Part shown: positions 1-10,642 of the stretch, in pieces
Layout: each line of letters starts with the position of its first letter
How positions within the stretch are numbered: position 1 is the stretch's first letter
Virus record (IMG/VR): IMGVR_UViG_3300033073_001027
Location: 1-64,000 of that record
From: a virus
Taxonomy: Duplodnaviria > Caudoviricetes
Strand: one strand, 5' to 3'
DNA length: 64,000 nucleotides
Notes under the pieces: generated by a model
Database searches by the model: none
Told to the model about the DNA's origin: nothing
Seen by the model: the letters and a program-made list of their open reading frames with translations, nothing else
Program-made: the position numbers and the translations under genes

Positions 1-1392
1 AGCATATGTTGGACCAGCAAACGGTCCAGTTGGATATGGTCTTTGGGTTGCAGGTCCAGAGTAATATCCTGTGTATGCTAAGGGACTAGAATAATACCCT
101 GTAAAATATCCAGTATAGGTTGTAGGAGAAGAATATGTTCTAGAACCAGAATAAAAACCAGTATATGAAGATGCACTATAGAATGCAGAATACCATGGAC
201 TTCCAGTATAGAAACCAGTATATCCAACCAAAGGACCAAGTGGAGCAGTATATGTTCTAGAGTAAGCACCAGAATATGATACGCCCGAATATGGTCCAGT
301 AGGCGATGAGTATGGTGTTCCTGTATATGGACCACCGCCACCAGACCCACCAGAAGCATAGTTACCAGTAAATGCTTGCGAATACGTACCAGTATAGTTT
401 GTAGGACTATAAACTATGCCACCATAGTTACCGCTGAATGCTTGGGAGTATGTTGGTCCTGGTCCAGAGTAGTTTCCAGTGTAATTTCCTGTACCACCAT
501 AGTTACCAGTAAATGCTCTTGAATATGCAGGACTTGTGTAGTATGCAGTATAAGGTGGACCACCGTATGTTCCACTGAAATTACCAGTAAAGTTGCCAGA
601 ATAAGATCCAGCATAGTTTTGCGGTGTTACTTGCTCGCGTGTATCAGTGGTAGCATTGCCCATCTGAACCCATGTACCAGATCCAGGAGCACTGTCTTGC
701 AATTTATATGTGCCAACACCAGTATCAATAATTCTGTTGCGGAAATTAGCAACCAACTGCTCAATTTCGGTGGAAGACATAATCTTAACAGAATTGTTAT
801 CGTACTTCTTCAGAGGCGCAAGAGAACTGTCAGCAGAAGAACTTGCGGCAGTTTTCTGCCACAAATATGTGGTTGTGTTCCCACCATTCGCTACGTCTGT
901 TATTGTGTATCTTGAAACCCAAGTACCACCAGAAGGCGCAGATGCTTGTAACTTGTATTGCCCAGCAGTGTATGAGGATTCCGACACCATTGCTGAAATA
1001 ACTTTGTCCATGACAGCATCGAGTTGCCCATCTGACATTTCGATGATACCGTCGGACCAAGCGATAGGACGATTAGTAACGCTTTCGGAAGCAGCAGCAG
1101 TTACTTGTTTCGCGTAATAGGTAGTGGTAGTTACGGACCCAGTTGCAGGGTGCGTCCCAGTCGCTTCAGTTCTGTCGGTGTCAGCAAATGTGCCGATCGA
1201 TGTACCCGAACCAGAATTGTCTGTTGTGATATTTAATTCAGCAGTTCCAGAACCAGTAGTATCAGTAGCAAATTTTGTGGTAATTACGTTTGCAATATAG
1301 TTCTGCACCTCGCCATCGGTCAAAGGTTGAAGTCCGCTAAATACGGCGGACGTAATAGGAGTTGTCGATGCTTTGACCTTTAGAGGATTCAT
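1..1392 (-). CDS. Putative virion structural protein with a C-terminal Tyr/Gly/Ser/Thr low-complexity repeat region (3' end runs off the window)
   Basis: Not in the ORF track. I read an uninterrupted minus-strand frame from ATG at 1392 (MNPLKVKASTTPITS...) to position 1. The distal ~205 codons read NYAGSYSGNFTGNFSGTYGG...YTGFYSG...YTGYFTGYYSS. It lies directly downstream of virion genes. Confidence 0.85.
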   Translation of the reverse strand, partial: MNPLKVKASTTPITSAVFSGLQPLTDGEVQNYIANVITTKFATDTTGSGTAELNITTDNSGSGTSIGTFADTDRTEATGTHPATGSVTTTTYYAKQVTAAASESVTNRPIAWSDGIIEMSDGQLDAVMDKVISAMVSESSYTAGQYKLQASAPSGGTWVSRYTITDVANGGNTTTYLWQKTAASSSADSSLAPLKKYDNNSVKIMSSTEIEQLVANFRNRIIDTGVGTYKLQDSAPGSGTWVQMGNATTDTREQVTPQNYAGSYSGNFTGNFSGTYGGPPYTAYYTSPAYSRAFTGNYGGTGNYTGNYSGPGPTYSQAFSGNYGGIVYSPTNYTGTYSQAFTGNYASGGSGGGGPYTGTPYSSPTGPYSGVSYSGAYSRTYTAPLGPLVGYTGFYTGSPWYSAFYSASSYTGFYSGSRTYSSPTTYTGYFTGYYSSPLAYTGYYSGPATQRPYPTGPFAGPTYA

Positions 1393-1394
1393 TT

Positions 1395-1877
1395 TTAGTT
1401 CAACCTGTTACCACTTGTGTCGTATACAATTAGGTTTGTCACACGATACCAGTCTTGGGTATCTTGCGAAACCAACTGAACAGAACTGTATGGTGCAAGA
1501 TTTACTGCAGCATTAACAGTTCCGCCGTCGATAACATCGCCAGTCGACGGATAGATTTTAATTGTATTGCTTGTGGTATTGATAACTGTTACGCTAAGAC
1601 CAGCATCAGCAGCAGGAAGTTTTACGCCCTGATTTGTTGTTGCTGTGGTAACAATGCTGATAGTTTTTGTCAGGGCAGTAGCACCTGACTGATCGGTACC
1701 AGCAGCAGAAACTGTTGGGTCAACCGATGGAACCATCGAACCTGTTAGCGTAATATTTTCGAAGGTCGGACTGTCGCCCGATTCGTATTTGTCTGTGTTG
1801 AGATTGATAAAGTTTTGATCAACCTCATTATTGGTAAGAGGTGTGCCTTTCGCAGACCTCAGTGTTAATGTGCTCAT
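1395..1877 (-). CDS. Virion structural protein
   Basis: N-terminal motif TLRSAKGTPLTNNEVDQNF is typical of T4-like virion/fibre proteins; structural gene context. Confidence 0.7.
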   Translation of the reverse strand: MSTLTLRSAKGTPLTNNEVDQNFINLNTDKYESGDSPTFENITLTGSMVPSVDPTVSAAGTDQSGATALTKTISIVTTATTNQGVKLPAADAGLSVTVINTTSNTIKIYPSTGDVIDGGTVNAAVNLAPYSSVQLVSQDTQDWYRVTNLIVYDTSGNRLN

Positions 1878-2098
1878 GCTTCCCTACCTTGGTTGTTAAG
1901 AATTTTCGTCAATAAAGTCTTTATCTCAATCATTTCGCTCTTCAACATATTTATATCATCGAGAGAAGATTGTATGTGTTTTGCTCTTTCTCTTTGCGCT
2001 TTATATGCTGATAACGAATTGCGGTCACTAGAGATAATCGCTTTAGAGTCTTTATCTCTTACATATTTATTGGTGTCTTGAAGTTGTAATTTTTCCAT
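1874..2098 (-). CDS. Hypothetical protein, 74 aa, coiled-coil C-terminus
   Basis: ORF track; abuts or overlaps both neighbours (ATGA overlap). Confidence 0.7.
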   Translation of the reverse strand: MEKLQLQDTNKYVRDKDSKAIISSDRNSLSAYKAQRERAKHIQSSLDDINMLKSEMIEIKTLLTKILNNQGREA

Positions 2099-2099
2099 A

Positions 2100-5000
2100 T
2101 TAAACCATCAAAGCAATTGCTCTGAGTTCCTTACACTTAGGAACAACAGAACTGTTGTTGGACAGCATTACAATCTTTACTGCGAATGCTTTGAACCCAG
2201 TATAGGTAACACCATCACGCGAATATTCAAATTCTGCAGTAGCAACACTACCTGCTCTGTTAGCAGCAGGAATAGTATATTCATATTCAACGAATCCAGA
2301 TGCAGCAGTTGCACTCAGTGGAGCAACGTCTGTAGACAATTCAATCCAGTCAAGATCGTCAAAGGTATAGTAATCTGACTCGTTTAAGAATTTACCATAG
2401 ACCTTAATATTAGTTCCTGATGGAATATAGTTGCTTAGATATACTCTAAGATCCTCTGCTTGTTCTTCTAGAACAACTCGACGAGAAATATACTTGGAAA
2501 ATGCATCACCCTCGTTAGTTGTTTCATCTGTTGAGTCATTGTTTACATGATTCGAAACGCAGATCAACGAACACTTTCTAAGATCGATTACTGGTGAAAC
2601 ACTGTCAGTTGAAGTAGTCATGCCGACGCGAAGTCCTAGAGTTTTATCTCCACCATAATCATTCTGCTCATTGGAGTAAGAATAGATTGTCCCTTCAGTC
2701 AGAAGATCATTCGTATCACCAAATGTCATTCTTTCATATGAAGATCCTGCTGCAGCAGCACCTGTATCAGTTTTTGCGTATGACCAAATTGCTGTAGTTG
2801 GAGTAAATTCCATAAATCCAATATTGGACTGAATCGAATTAATCAACTTATCTTCGATGCTGGACACTTCGATATATACTGAACCATTGGTAATAACATC
2901 ACCAGCGGCGAATGTTCCTGCCTCGACAACAACCTTCAGAACATTGTGGAGAGGATCGAACTGCTTTACGTAACCATACTTCGTGGATTCGAATCCATCA
3001 ACGTAAACCTTATCACCAGCAGAGATAGATTTAATTGTATCTTCTTCTGTGACAATAGTTGTCAATGTGTTATCGGTGTAGTATGTTGTTCCGTCAAGAA
3101 CAATATAATCATAATTGGAGTTCTGGAACTGTGCAGTTGCAATCTTAGTTGTGTCGAATACTGCTCTGTAAACAGTAAACTTCATATCTTCTGATTGCTT
3201 CTCAGACCAAGTTCTGTTGTTTGCTGATGTGAACAGCATACCAACGTTTGGTTGTTCAGAAATACGAACATTCGTACCAACCTGATTTTCACCAAGTTCC
3301 GAAACCCAAACATTATAATCTGGGTTATTACCTGCTGGTAGAAGAACAAAGCAGTATTCTGTGTTGTTCTGTAGATACACAGGTGATGGGAAGGTAAATC
3401 TTGTTGCCTGGAATGTCACATTTCCGGAACCGTCTTCGGTTGATGTGGTAACTTGATCTGGAAGAAGTGTGACTTCACCAAAAGGAAGAACCCTTTCACC
3501 AGGAACACCGTTTATCATCTCGCGTAATTGAAGAGTGATCGGTGCGGTTGTTGACTTGGTGCGGAAGAACACATCAATACCAGTGCTGAATGTTCCGAAT
3601 GGCATGCCTGAAACGAAGAAACTCTGTGCGAGAGGATCCAATCGGATTGGCATGAAATTCCATTCCCACAACCAGTTATTCAGGAATCCCCAGTCAATAA
3701 CTGGTGCTGGTGGGTCAACTGGGACTGGTGGTTCAATCTCAGGAGGAAGAACTGGAGGATCTGTGAAGACGACTTCAACAACAGGTTCAACAGGATTCAC
3801 AACTGGTGCGACAAAAACTGGTTCCGGAGGAAGAACAACAGGAGGTGGCGCTGGAGGTTCAACAACAGGAGGTAGTACCACTGGAACTGGAGTTTCTGGT
3901 TCAGCAATGATAGTTGGTACTGGTGTTGGTTCAATAATATTGGTAATTTCGGTAATATTATTTACCGTTGTATTTACCACGTTTGTATTGTTGACAACAG
4001 TAGTGTTGTTTGAAACGTTTGTAACGTTAGTTGTGTTGTTAATTGTAGTGAAGTTATTGTTTACTGTTGTGTTTTGAACAGTTCCAACAACACGATCACC
4101 AAGACGATTAACTGATGTTGAAGATTCTGAAATAGATCTTGAATCGCTCAGGGATCTTGTTGCCAGATTTGCTTCTCTTGTCGACACAACCGTATCTTGT
4201 ACTGTTTGTGACAAACCATTCGCAGAGAATGTCTGCGTTGCAGAGGTAGTAGTAAATGCTCCGCGATTAAATTGATCATCGCAAACTCTGAAATTCTTGG
4301 CACCAACACGGAATGTATTAGCAGGAATTCTAAATTGAATTACTGCAACACCGTTCGAATCTGTTACGATTGCATCACCATAATCAGTTACAGCATACTG
4401 CGAGTACTGTGCTGGGTCTGTTGGTGTTACTGTTAGAGCAGTTGAATTTAATTTGCGGCAATGCGCTGAAACATTAACACCATCAAAGAATGGATAAATT
4501 CTTGTATTTGGTTTCAGACGCTGACACTTAACAGTGATTGGAACACTTCTCATAAATGGAATCAGAGAAGTATTTGTTACCTTAGCACCAAGACGCTGTG
4601 TCACAGTTTCAGGAGTTGCACTCAACTGAATACCTTGTCTTGTTTGTCTCTGCTGGGTTGTTGTGGTAGAAATTTGAATCTGTTCTTGGAACAGTGTATC
4701 GCCAGAGACACGAGTCTGACCACCAGTAACAGTAGTATCAGTCGACACTGTTCTACCTGTTACGAGATCCTGCCAATCGCCCCACTGAGTTCCCCATGCA
4801 TTTGCTAGAGTCTGCCAGTTGTCGTAGTTCCCGTCAAAGTTTGCAGCAACATCTGGTTGGACAGTAGTATCAGTCCAGTTATCGACTGGTGGATCAAGTT
4901 GCATGTCACCAATATAACTGAACAGCAGTTCGCCAACACAGTTTCTAGTCTTCGAAGCAAAAAGATTTGAAGAAAGAGATGTATAGTTATATGGCAGAGT

Positions 5001-7982
5001 CAGAAGATCGCCTGTCTTTTTAATTCCAGGAGAATTTGCAGAATCATAGATTAAATCGACGTTCTCAATATTGAAGAACGGACGTAGTTCTTGCTTATAT
5101 GGATCGATTGAGCAACTATACGCAGCGTCTCTTGGATTACCAACATTATGCCCTGTAAAGGCATCAACCATGATACCGTTCTTGAAACGATTCAGAGTTG
5201 GATCTGCAGCACTCTTGATGAATAGCGATTCCGTCGACTTCTCAAGAAGCGATAGAGAAGTATAGTATTCAATTCTGGCAACACGTTGTTCAATGTTACC
5301 GATATCGCGCATTGTGTAGCGACGATTATCCATTGTCTTGAACGTGACACCGAATTCAGGGCGAGAAGAAGATTTTGCAACATATGGTGACAGCGAAGGA
5401 TATGGCGGAATCGTTACGATTGCCAGCGACATAGCATTCTCTGGTTCTTGTGGTGGCAGAGGAGTCAGCGATGGTGTTCCATGAACAGCACTGAATACAC
5501 CATGATCGTCAATGATAATTCTGTCAATTCTACCAAGATAATATTCATAATCAATCTGAAGTTCTTGACTTGGAACAGGAATTGTCAGACCAACAGAAGG
5601 AATTTGAATTGCAATACTGTCTGATGGATCAGCACTAATAGATGCCAAGTTGGCATAAGTAACTGGTGTTGCTGTGTCTGTTACTCTTGGTCTAAAATCA
5701 ATAGTATCGCGCAAGTCATATGACTCGCCAAGAACTGGAGAGTAGTAAACAGGAATTTCTTCGGTGCGAATATATGCGCTGGAAACCACACTATCGTTTA
5801 CTGGATATGAGTCGACAGTAAAGTATGATGCAGTTGCGAGACCAGTACCACCCGATGATGTTGAGTGCGCAAAATAGTCAAACGAAACTGCAATTTTCTT
5901 ACCAGTAAGATCTGTTATTGCCGCTGCAGTTCTTGTTAGAGATGCATGCCCATAGAACGAATCCCTTTGACCATTATCAAAAATATAGTCAGAAGAAATA
6001 TCAACACCAAGATCAACAATTTGCGCATATGTCAGAGTGTTATCGCCAACATATACGCCATTGATTTTCCAAACATCGGAAACACCGAGGTTTAATACAG
6101 ATCCAGCAGTTTCGCTTGGAGCACTAAATCCGACATAACGATCGCGTGTTAGAACCTTGGACATTGGTGCTGCAAGATTAATTTCAACTGTTGCGTAAAC
6201 AGTTGCTGTTCCAGTATATCCAAGTCCAGTAAAGGTAATTAACTGACCAGTTGGATCACTCGCGTCAACTGTGACACCAGAAAGATCTAATACTTGCCAT
6301 GTTGAATCCTTTACGACAAGAAGATTTTCTTTCTTGTATGCTGAAGAAGCAACGTTACCGCCATCGATGAAATATTCATCACCAGTAAGAGCAATTGACA
6401 TGTTGCCAGATGAAACAGAACGAGAAAACTTCTTGGTATAATAGAAAGAAGTATTATAAGTTCCAGTTGGTTTTGTTGTTTTAGTTGCCTTGGATGGCAT
6501 TCTATAAAGAAGTTTGTTATATTGACCTTCTTGAATTGCTGGTGTTATGACATTAGCAAATCCATCAACTGTTCCATTATAGTATATACCAGCAACATCT
6601 GTGAAGTCACCAGATGTCATTCTAACATCATAGACGTAGATATTGTATACCGCAGTAGCAGTTCCTGGAGCATCTGGACCAACATATTCAATATGACGAA
6701 CTCTTGCAGTTCCGATCTTGGTTCCAATATGAACCGTACTTGTTCCAAGACCACCAGAAACACCATTCTGTTCTGCATTGTAAAGATCGATTTCAGAACC
6801 ATCGATTGGGAAGAAACCAAGCATATCATTAACTTGGATGTAATTACCGTACGCAGTGCTTAGAGGAACACTTTCCTTTGTTACAGTATCGATACCCTTT
6901 TCGGTAATAACATATTCAGTTTGACGTGTCTCGTATTCGTAACCACGAACATATGCCTTACCTGCTTCCAGACCAATCGCGAGCAAGTTAGAATTCCCGC
7001 CATAATCTGAAACAAGCAGACCGTTATTCGACCCAGTGTCCAGATGTTCTTTAACCAGAACAGGGAATGGTCTTACTGTATAGTTGCCTGACTCGTCATA
7101 TGTTCTGCGTGCCATATTATCGCCGAGAACAGAATAGATGTCACTTGTGTGAATGCGGGAAACTTCGCCACCAACAATGTCAGCAACTTGATAATAACCT
7201 TCCGGAATAGGATCACCAGAAAGAACAAAAATTAGTTCTGTGTCTAACTTGTATCGATCAGCGCCAGGAGCAGCATAGTTATATGAACCCTTTGCTGGAT
7301 CAGTCAGCGTATCATCGTCTGCTGCGTCCACGATTTGCTCAAGAAGACCAACGCAAACTTTACCTGATGGGAAGAAGGTATATTTAGAAAGAATAATTGT
7401 TTGTGCTGTGTGCTTTACAAAATTTCCATTTAGATAGATCACACCATCTTCGAGAGTGAATCTAGTACCATAACCAAAATAATTGTTTGTTGCGTCGGTT
7501 GAATCGACTGCAAGATCAGAAACCGTAAAGGTATCGCCATTCAGTGCAATATTGTCGGAAGAAACTGTAAGAGTTTCCGCAGCAATAAAGTGGTTTGTTG
7601 AAGTTTCGCCATCGCCACCTGTATAACGCAGATACAAAGTATCGCGATCAGATCCAGTAGCAGCAATTGCATCAATAATTACAGCAGTAAGTCCACCAGA
7701 TCCTGTTACCGTTGCACCAATGTATGATGTAACTGTTGTTTCTGGTGCATCAATTGTAACAAATGAAAGTTTGTTGTCGATTTTTGTATCACAACCACTA
7801 ACTACTGCACCGTTTTTAAATACGTGATTACCGAACTTACCAATTTGATCCTGGAGCGCTGTCTGCAGTTGCGTGAGTTCTCTTGCCTGAACCGCATATC
7901 CAGGTTTAAATAAAATCTTATGATATTTTTTAGTATCGGTATAATCATCCCAATACGGAGCAGCATTTAAATTGAGTGCCAT
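2100..7982 (-). CDS. Large virion structural protein, VrlC/DUF4815-like
   Basis: 1960 aa. N-terminus PYWDDY...KILFKPGYAVQARELTQLQ and internal NRRYTMRDIG..EQR...EYYTSLSLLE / RFKNGIMVDAF motifs typical of this family in T4-like phages. Confidence 0.85.
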   Translation of the reverse strand: MALNLNAAPYWDDYTDTKKYHKILFKPGYAVQARELTQLQTALQDQIGKFGNHVFKNGAVVSGCDTKIDNKLSFVTIDAPETTVTSYIGATVTGSGGLTAVIIDAIAATGSDRDTLYLRYTGGDGETSTNHFIAAETLTVSSDNIALNGDTFTVSDLAVDSTDATNNYFGYGTRFTLEDGVIYLNGNFVKHTAQTIILSKYTFFPSGKVCVGLLEQIVDAADDDTLTDPAKGSYNYAAPGADRYKLDTELIFVLSGDPIPEGYYQVADIVGGEVSRIHTSDIYSVLGDNMARRTYDESGNYTVRPFPVLVKEHLDTGSNNGLLVSDYGGNSNLLAIGLEAGKAYVRGYEYETRQTEYVITEKGIDTVTKESVPLSTAYGNYIQVNDMLGFFPIDGSEIDLYNAEQNGVSGGLGTSTVHIGTKIGTARVRHIEYVGPDAPGTATAVYNIYVYDVRMTSGDFTDVAGIYYNGTVDGFANVITPAIQEGQYNKLLYRMPSKATKTTKPTGTYNTSFYYTKKFSRSVSSGNMSIALTGDEYFIDGGNVASSAYKKENLLVVKDSTWQVLDLSGVTVDASDPTGQLITFTGLGYTGTATVYATVEINLAAPMSKVLTRDRYVGFSAPSETAGSVLNLGVSDVWKINGVYVGDNTLTYAQIVDLGVDISSDYIFDNGQRDSFYGHASLTRTAAAITDLTGKKIAVSFDYFAHSTSSGGTGLATASYFTVDSYPVNDSVVSSAYIRTEEIPVYYSPVLGESYDLRDTIDFRPRVTDTATPVTYANLASISADPSDSIAIQIPSVGLTIPVPSQELQIDYEYYLGRIDRIIIDDHGVFSAVHGTPSLTPLPPQEPENAMSLAIVTIPPYPSLSPYVAKSSSRPEFGVTFKTMDNRRYTMRDIGNIEQRVARIEYYTSLSLLEKSTESLFIKSAADPTLNRFKNGIMVDAFTGHNVGNPRDAAYSCSIDPYKQELRPFFNIENVDLIYDSANSPGIKKTGDLLTLPYNYTSLSSNLFASKTRNCVGELLFSYIGDMQLDPPVDNWTDTTVQPDVAANFDGNYDNWQTLANAWGTQWGDWQDLVTGRTVSTDTTVTGGQTRVSGDTLFQEQIQISTTTTQQRQTRQGIQLSATPETVTQRLGAKVTNTSLIPFMRSVPITVKCQRLKPNTRIYPFFDGVNVSAHCRKLNSTALTVTPTDPAQYSQYAVTDYGDAIVTDSNGVAVIQFRIPANTFRVGAKNFRVCDDQFNRGAFTTTSATQTFSANGLSQTVQDTVVSTREANLATRSLSDSRSISESSTSVNRLGDRVVGTVQNTTVNNNFTTINNTTNVTNVSNNTTVVNNTNVVNTTVNNITEITNIIEPTPVPTIIAEPETPVPVVLPPVVEPPAPPPVVLPPEPVFVAPVVNPVEPVVEVVFTDPPVLPPEIEPPVPVDPPAPVIDWGFLNNWLWEWNFMPIRLDPLAQSFFVSGMPFGTFSTGIDVFFRTKSTTAPITLQLREMINGVPGERVLPFGEVTLLPDQVTTSTEDGSGNVTFQATRFTFPSPVYLQNNTEYCFVLLPAGNNPDYNVWVSELGENQVGTNVRISEQPNVGMLFTSANNRTWSEKQSEDMKFTVYRAVFDTTKIATAQFQNSNYDYIVLDGTTYYTDNTLTTIVTEEDTIKSISAGDKVYVDGFESTKYGYVKQFDPLHNVLKVVVEAGTFAAGDVITNGSVYIEVSSIEDKLINSIQSNIGFMEFTPTTAIWSYAKTDTGAAAAGSSYERMTFGDTNDLLTEGTIYSYSNEQNDYGGDKTLGLRVGMTTSTDSVSPVIDLRKCSLICVSNHVNNDSTDETTNEGDAFSKYISRRVVLEEQAEDLRVYLSNYIPSGTNIKVYGKFLNESDYYTFDDLDWIELSTDVAPLSATAASGFVEYEYTIPAANRAGSVATAEFEYSRDGVTYTGFKAFAVKIVMLSNNSSVVPKCKELRAIALMV

Positions 7983-7996
7983 ATCTTCCTACTTCT

Positions 7997-10162
7997 TTAG
8001 AAATTAATTTGTGCTCTAATCTTTTCAACCTGATCAGCAGTTCTAATAATCTTAACTCTATTGTCAATATACAGGATTTCTCCCGATCTATTATCAATTT
8101 CTGGAGGTGTAACATTTAATACTTGCCCAGAAGAGATGCCTTGCGTCACATTAGTCATACCATTGCCAACACTAATACGAGGAATAATTGGTAGCAAGTG
8201 AATATAATCTACAGTTCCATTTAAATCAGCGTCTTCTTTCTGAACGACAATAAATCTTCCGCCATCATCAGTTTCAATAATATCATCATAATCAAATAAG
8301 TCAGGATTATTTATACCGACAACGTAACAGCAATTAGCAGTATCAGTAGTAACAAGATTTGTAGAATTAAATTGTCTTGGATTAATTACAATACCAAGTT
8401 GTCTAAAATCATTATTCAAGAAACTATCGGAGGTTTCGTTTGTCAGAGGAACCGTCAACGATAGAGTTGTAGCAAATAATTCTTTCTGTGGATTTGATCC
8501 ATGCCCACCGAACGGTGACAATATTGCTCTAAACTTGGCACCAGTTCCAGGAGAAAATGGATTACTATTCACAACAGATATTTCTGCGAACGAATATTCC
8601 GACCCAGGATTAGTAATAGTCACGCCTGTGACAACACCATCAGTAAGAGTAATAACTGCTTCGGCGTCCTGTCCGTCACCCTCAATAACAAGATATGCAT
8701 CGCCCTCGATATAATCGAGTCCGCCGTCAAGAATTTCTATTCTGTCGATTGTTCCTGGGATTGCAGCAGCTTCTACCTTTTCTTGTGGAATACCACCCTC
8801 GACGCTCCCAAGAATGGCAGTAGCAGTTGCTTCTGCTGACGGATTGTTTCCATTTACAGGAACGAATCTAACATTTGCAAAAGTAAACGCAGAACCTGGA
8901 GCATCTACTGTAATAGAACTGACGCTATCTCCAGTCAAGGATGCTGTCGCTCTTGCACCAGAATATCCAGTTCCTCCGTTTGTGACGTTAATTTCTGAGA
9001 TAGTTCCACCAGAAATGACTGCAGATGCAGTAGCACCAGTTCCACCGCCGCCAGAAAGATAAACCTTTGTTCCTTCGAATGTAAGACTATGCGAGGAACC
9101 TTCACCATATGAGGTCAAGTCAACATATGTTTCTGCTTCTAAATTATCTTGACTTGTTGCAAGAGAAACAGTATCTACGTCAATTACTGCCAGATAATAT
9201 GGTCTAGAATTTGTCAGTCCACCAATTGTGGAACCACCGCCATTCGAGTATACGACAATATCACCATTGGTAAATCCATGCGATTCAATCAAAATAGTAT
9301 TAGCAGTCAAAGAAACGCCAGAAGAAGAAGAACCATCGAATGCCTTGGCATTTTCTTCTCTGTAACCAGAACCGCCATTAGTAACAATAACAGAATGAAC
9401 AACATCTTGCTCAGTTTCAGGATCTGTTTGGCAAATAGAAAATGCTTCAGCGCCAGAACCTGTTGTGCTGTCAATAATAACTGTTGGGCAAGTCTGCCCA
9501 TCGCCTTGGATTATTACATATGGAGCATCTGTATATCCAGAACCACCTGAAGTAACTTGAATACGATCAATAAATCCATTAACATCAAATTGCGGATCGC
9601 CAAGTCCTGCCATTTTACGAACAGGAATGTGCGTCGAGGTCAAAAACTTGCTTTGGTCTGCGGATTCTACGCGAAATAGAAACTTCCAAACATACCCATC
9701 AGAAGTTTCGAATGCAACTGTGTCTGTTCCAGTTGGTTTAACCACACTTGGGGAATTGTTATTATTTCCAAGACATTTGTAAACATTAAATTCGTCAGTA
9801 ATAACAAAAAAATCAGCATCAGCAAGATTGCTGACACCGCTATATGCAGTAATTAAATTGCCATTGTCATCTTCTTGACCATATGAATCGTCATACTGGT
9901 CATATACTGTACCCAATGACCAATTACGTCTAGTTGCCATCAAACAAACATCTGATGCTGCAATACGCTTAACAAACATCATATTTCTATGCGCAGTGTT
10001 GTTGTAGGATCCAGAGTCAATTGGTTGCTCTGGATCCTGCTCATCAACCCAATTCAGGGTTCTGGCGATATAGAAATAGTAGTAGTCATGCTCGCTGTAA
10101 ATATCGCGATAGATGCTTCTTGCTATCTCAGTTCGCCCCTGCGATCTTAGAAGAAGTGGCAT
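7997..10162 (-). CDS. gp8: Baseplate wedge subunit gp8-like, with inserted GGSGY repeat domains
   Basis: YDQYDD...FFVITDEFNVYKCLGNN...KPTG...TSDGYVWKFLF, GGHGSNP and DFRQLGIVINP motifs. Confidence 0.85.
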   Translation of the reverse strand: MPLLLRSQGRTEIARSIYRDIYSEHDYYYFYIARTLNWVDEQDPEQPIDSGSYNNTAHRNMMFVKRIAASDVCLMATRRNWSLGTVYDQYDDSYGQEDDNGNLITAYSGVSNLADADFFVITDEFNVYKCLGNNNNSPSVVKPTGTDTVAFETSDGYVWKFLFRVESADQSKFLTSTHIPVRKMAGLGDPQFDVNGFIDRIQVTSGGSGYTDAPYVIIQGDGQTCPTVIIDSTTGSGAEAFSICQTDPETEQDVVHSVIVTNGGSGYREENAKAFDGSSSSGVSLTANTILIESHGFTNGDIVVYSNGGGSTIGGLTNSRPYYLAVIDVDTVSLATSQDNLEAETYVDLTSYGEGSSHSLTFEGTKVYLSGGGGTGATASAVISGGTISEINVTNGGTGYSGARATASLTGDSVSSITVDAPGSAFTFANVRFVPVNGNNPSAEATATAILGSVEGGIPQEKVEAAAIPGTIDRIEILDGGLDYIEGDAYLVIEGDGQDAEAVITLTDGVVTGVTITNPGSEYSFAEISVVNSNPFSPGTGAKFRAILSPFGGHGSNPQKELFATTLSLTVPLTNETSDSFLNNDFRQLGIVINPRQFNSTNLVTTDTANCCYVVGINNPDLFDYDDIIETDDGGRFIVVQKEDADLNGTVDYIHLLPIIPRISVGNGMTNVTQGISSGQVLNVTPPEIDNRSGEILYIDNRVKIIRTADQVEKIRAQINF

Positions 10163-10168
10163 GTTATA

Positions 10169-10621
10169 TTACGATACAGTTACAGTCCAAGTGATAGTCA
10201 TGCTGTCTGACGCACCCTTGTTGATAACGTCAAAAACAGTGCGGCAAAGCATTGTTCCGCTTGTAGAAGCATTAAAGATACCTGCTTCCTTAACAGCACC
10301 AGTTCCTTCACCAGCATTGAATGAAGCAACATATTCAACAGCATTGCTTGTTACTGTTGTTGATGTTAGTGCCTTACGCGAACCAAGTTGCGAACCCAGA
10401 GCAGTATCGCCTGCAGCTGCAGCAGTATTACCAGAACCGATTGCCATGTGCGACATAACTGTTGCAGAAGTTCCTGCCATGCGCGAAGCAATATAGTCGA
10501 GACCTGTATCAACAACAAGGTTTGTTGTTTCAAAGTCGTGCTTTACTTCCCCAGTTGTTGCATCCTGGACAAGAATACGCAACTTACCAGTTGCGCCAGT
10601 TAGTTTATCCTTTAGATTCAT
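10169..10621 (-). CDS. Virion structural/baseplate-associated protein
   Basis: NLVVDTGL...HMAIGSG...EAGIFNA...MLCRTVFDVINK motifs resemble tail-collar/fibre-base-like proteins; baseplate context. Confidence 0.65.
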   Translation of the reverse strand: MNLKDKLTGATGKLRILVQDATTGEVKHDFETTNLVVDTGLDYIASRMAGTSATVMSHMAIGSGNTAAAAGDTALGSQLGSRKALTSTTVTSNAVEYVASFNAGEGTGAVKEAGIFNASTSGTMLCRTVFDVINKGASDSMTITWTVTVS

Positions 10622-10642
10622 TTTTGTTTACCTTCTTCTAGA

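Noticed and set aside
78-1117. Short ORFs listed in the track at 78-1117
   Set aside because: They are alternative-frame or antisense shadows of the real minus-strand ORF 1392 to <1.
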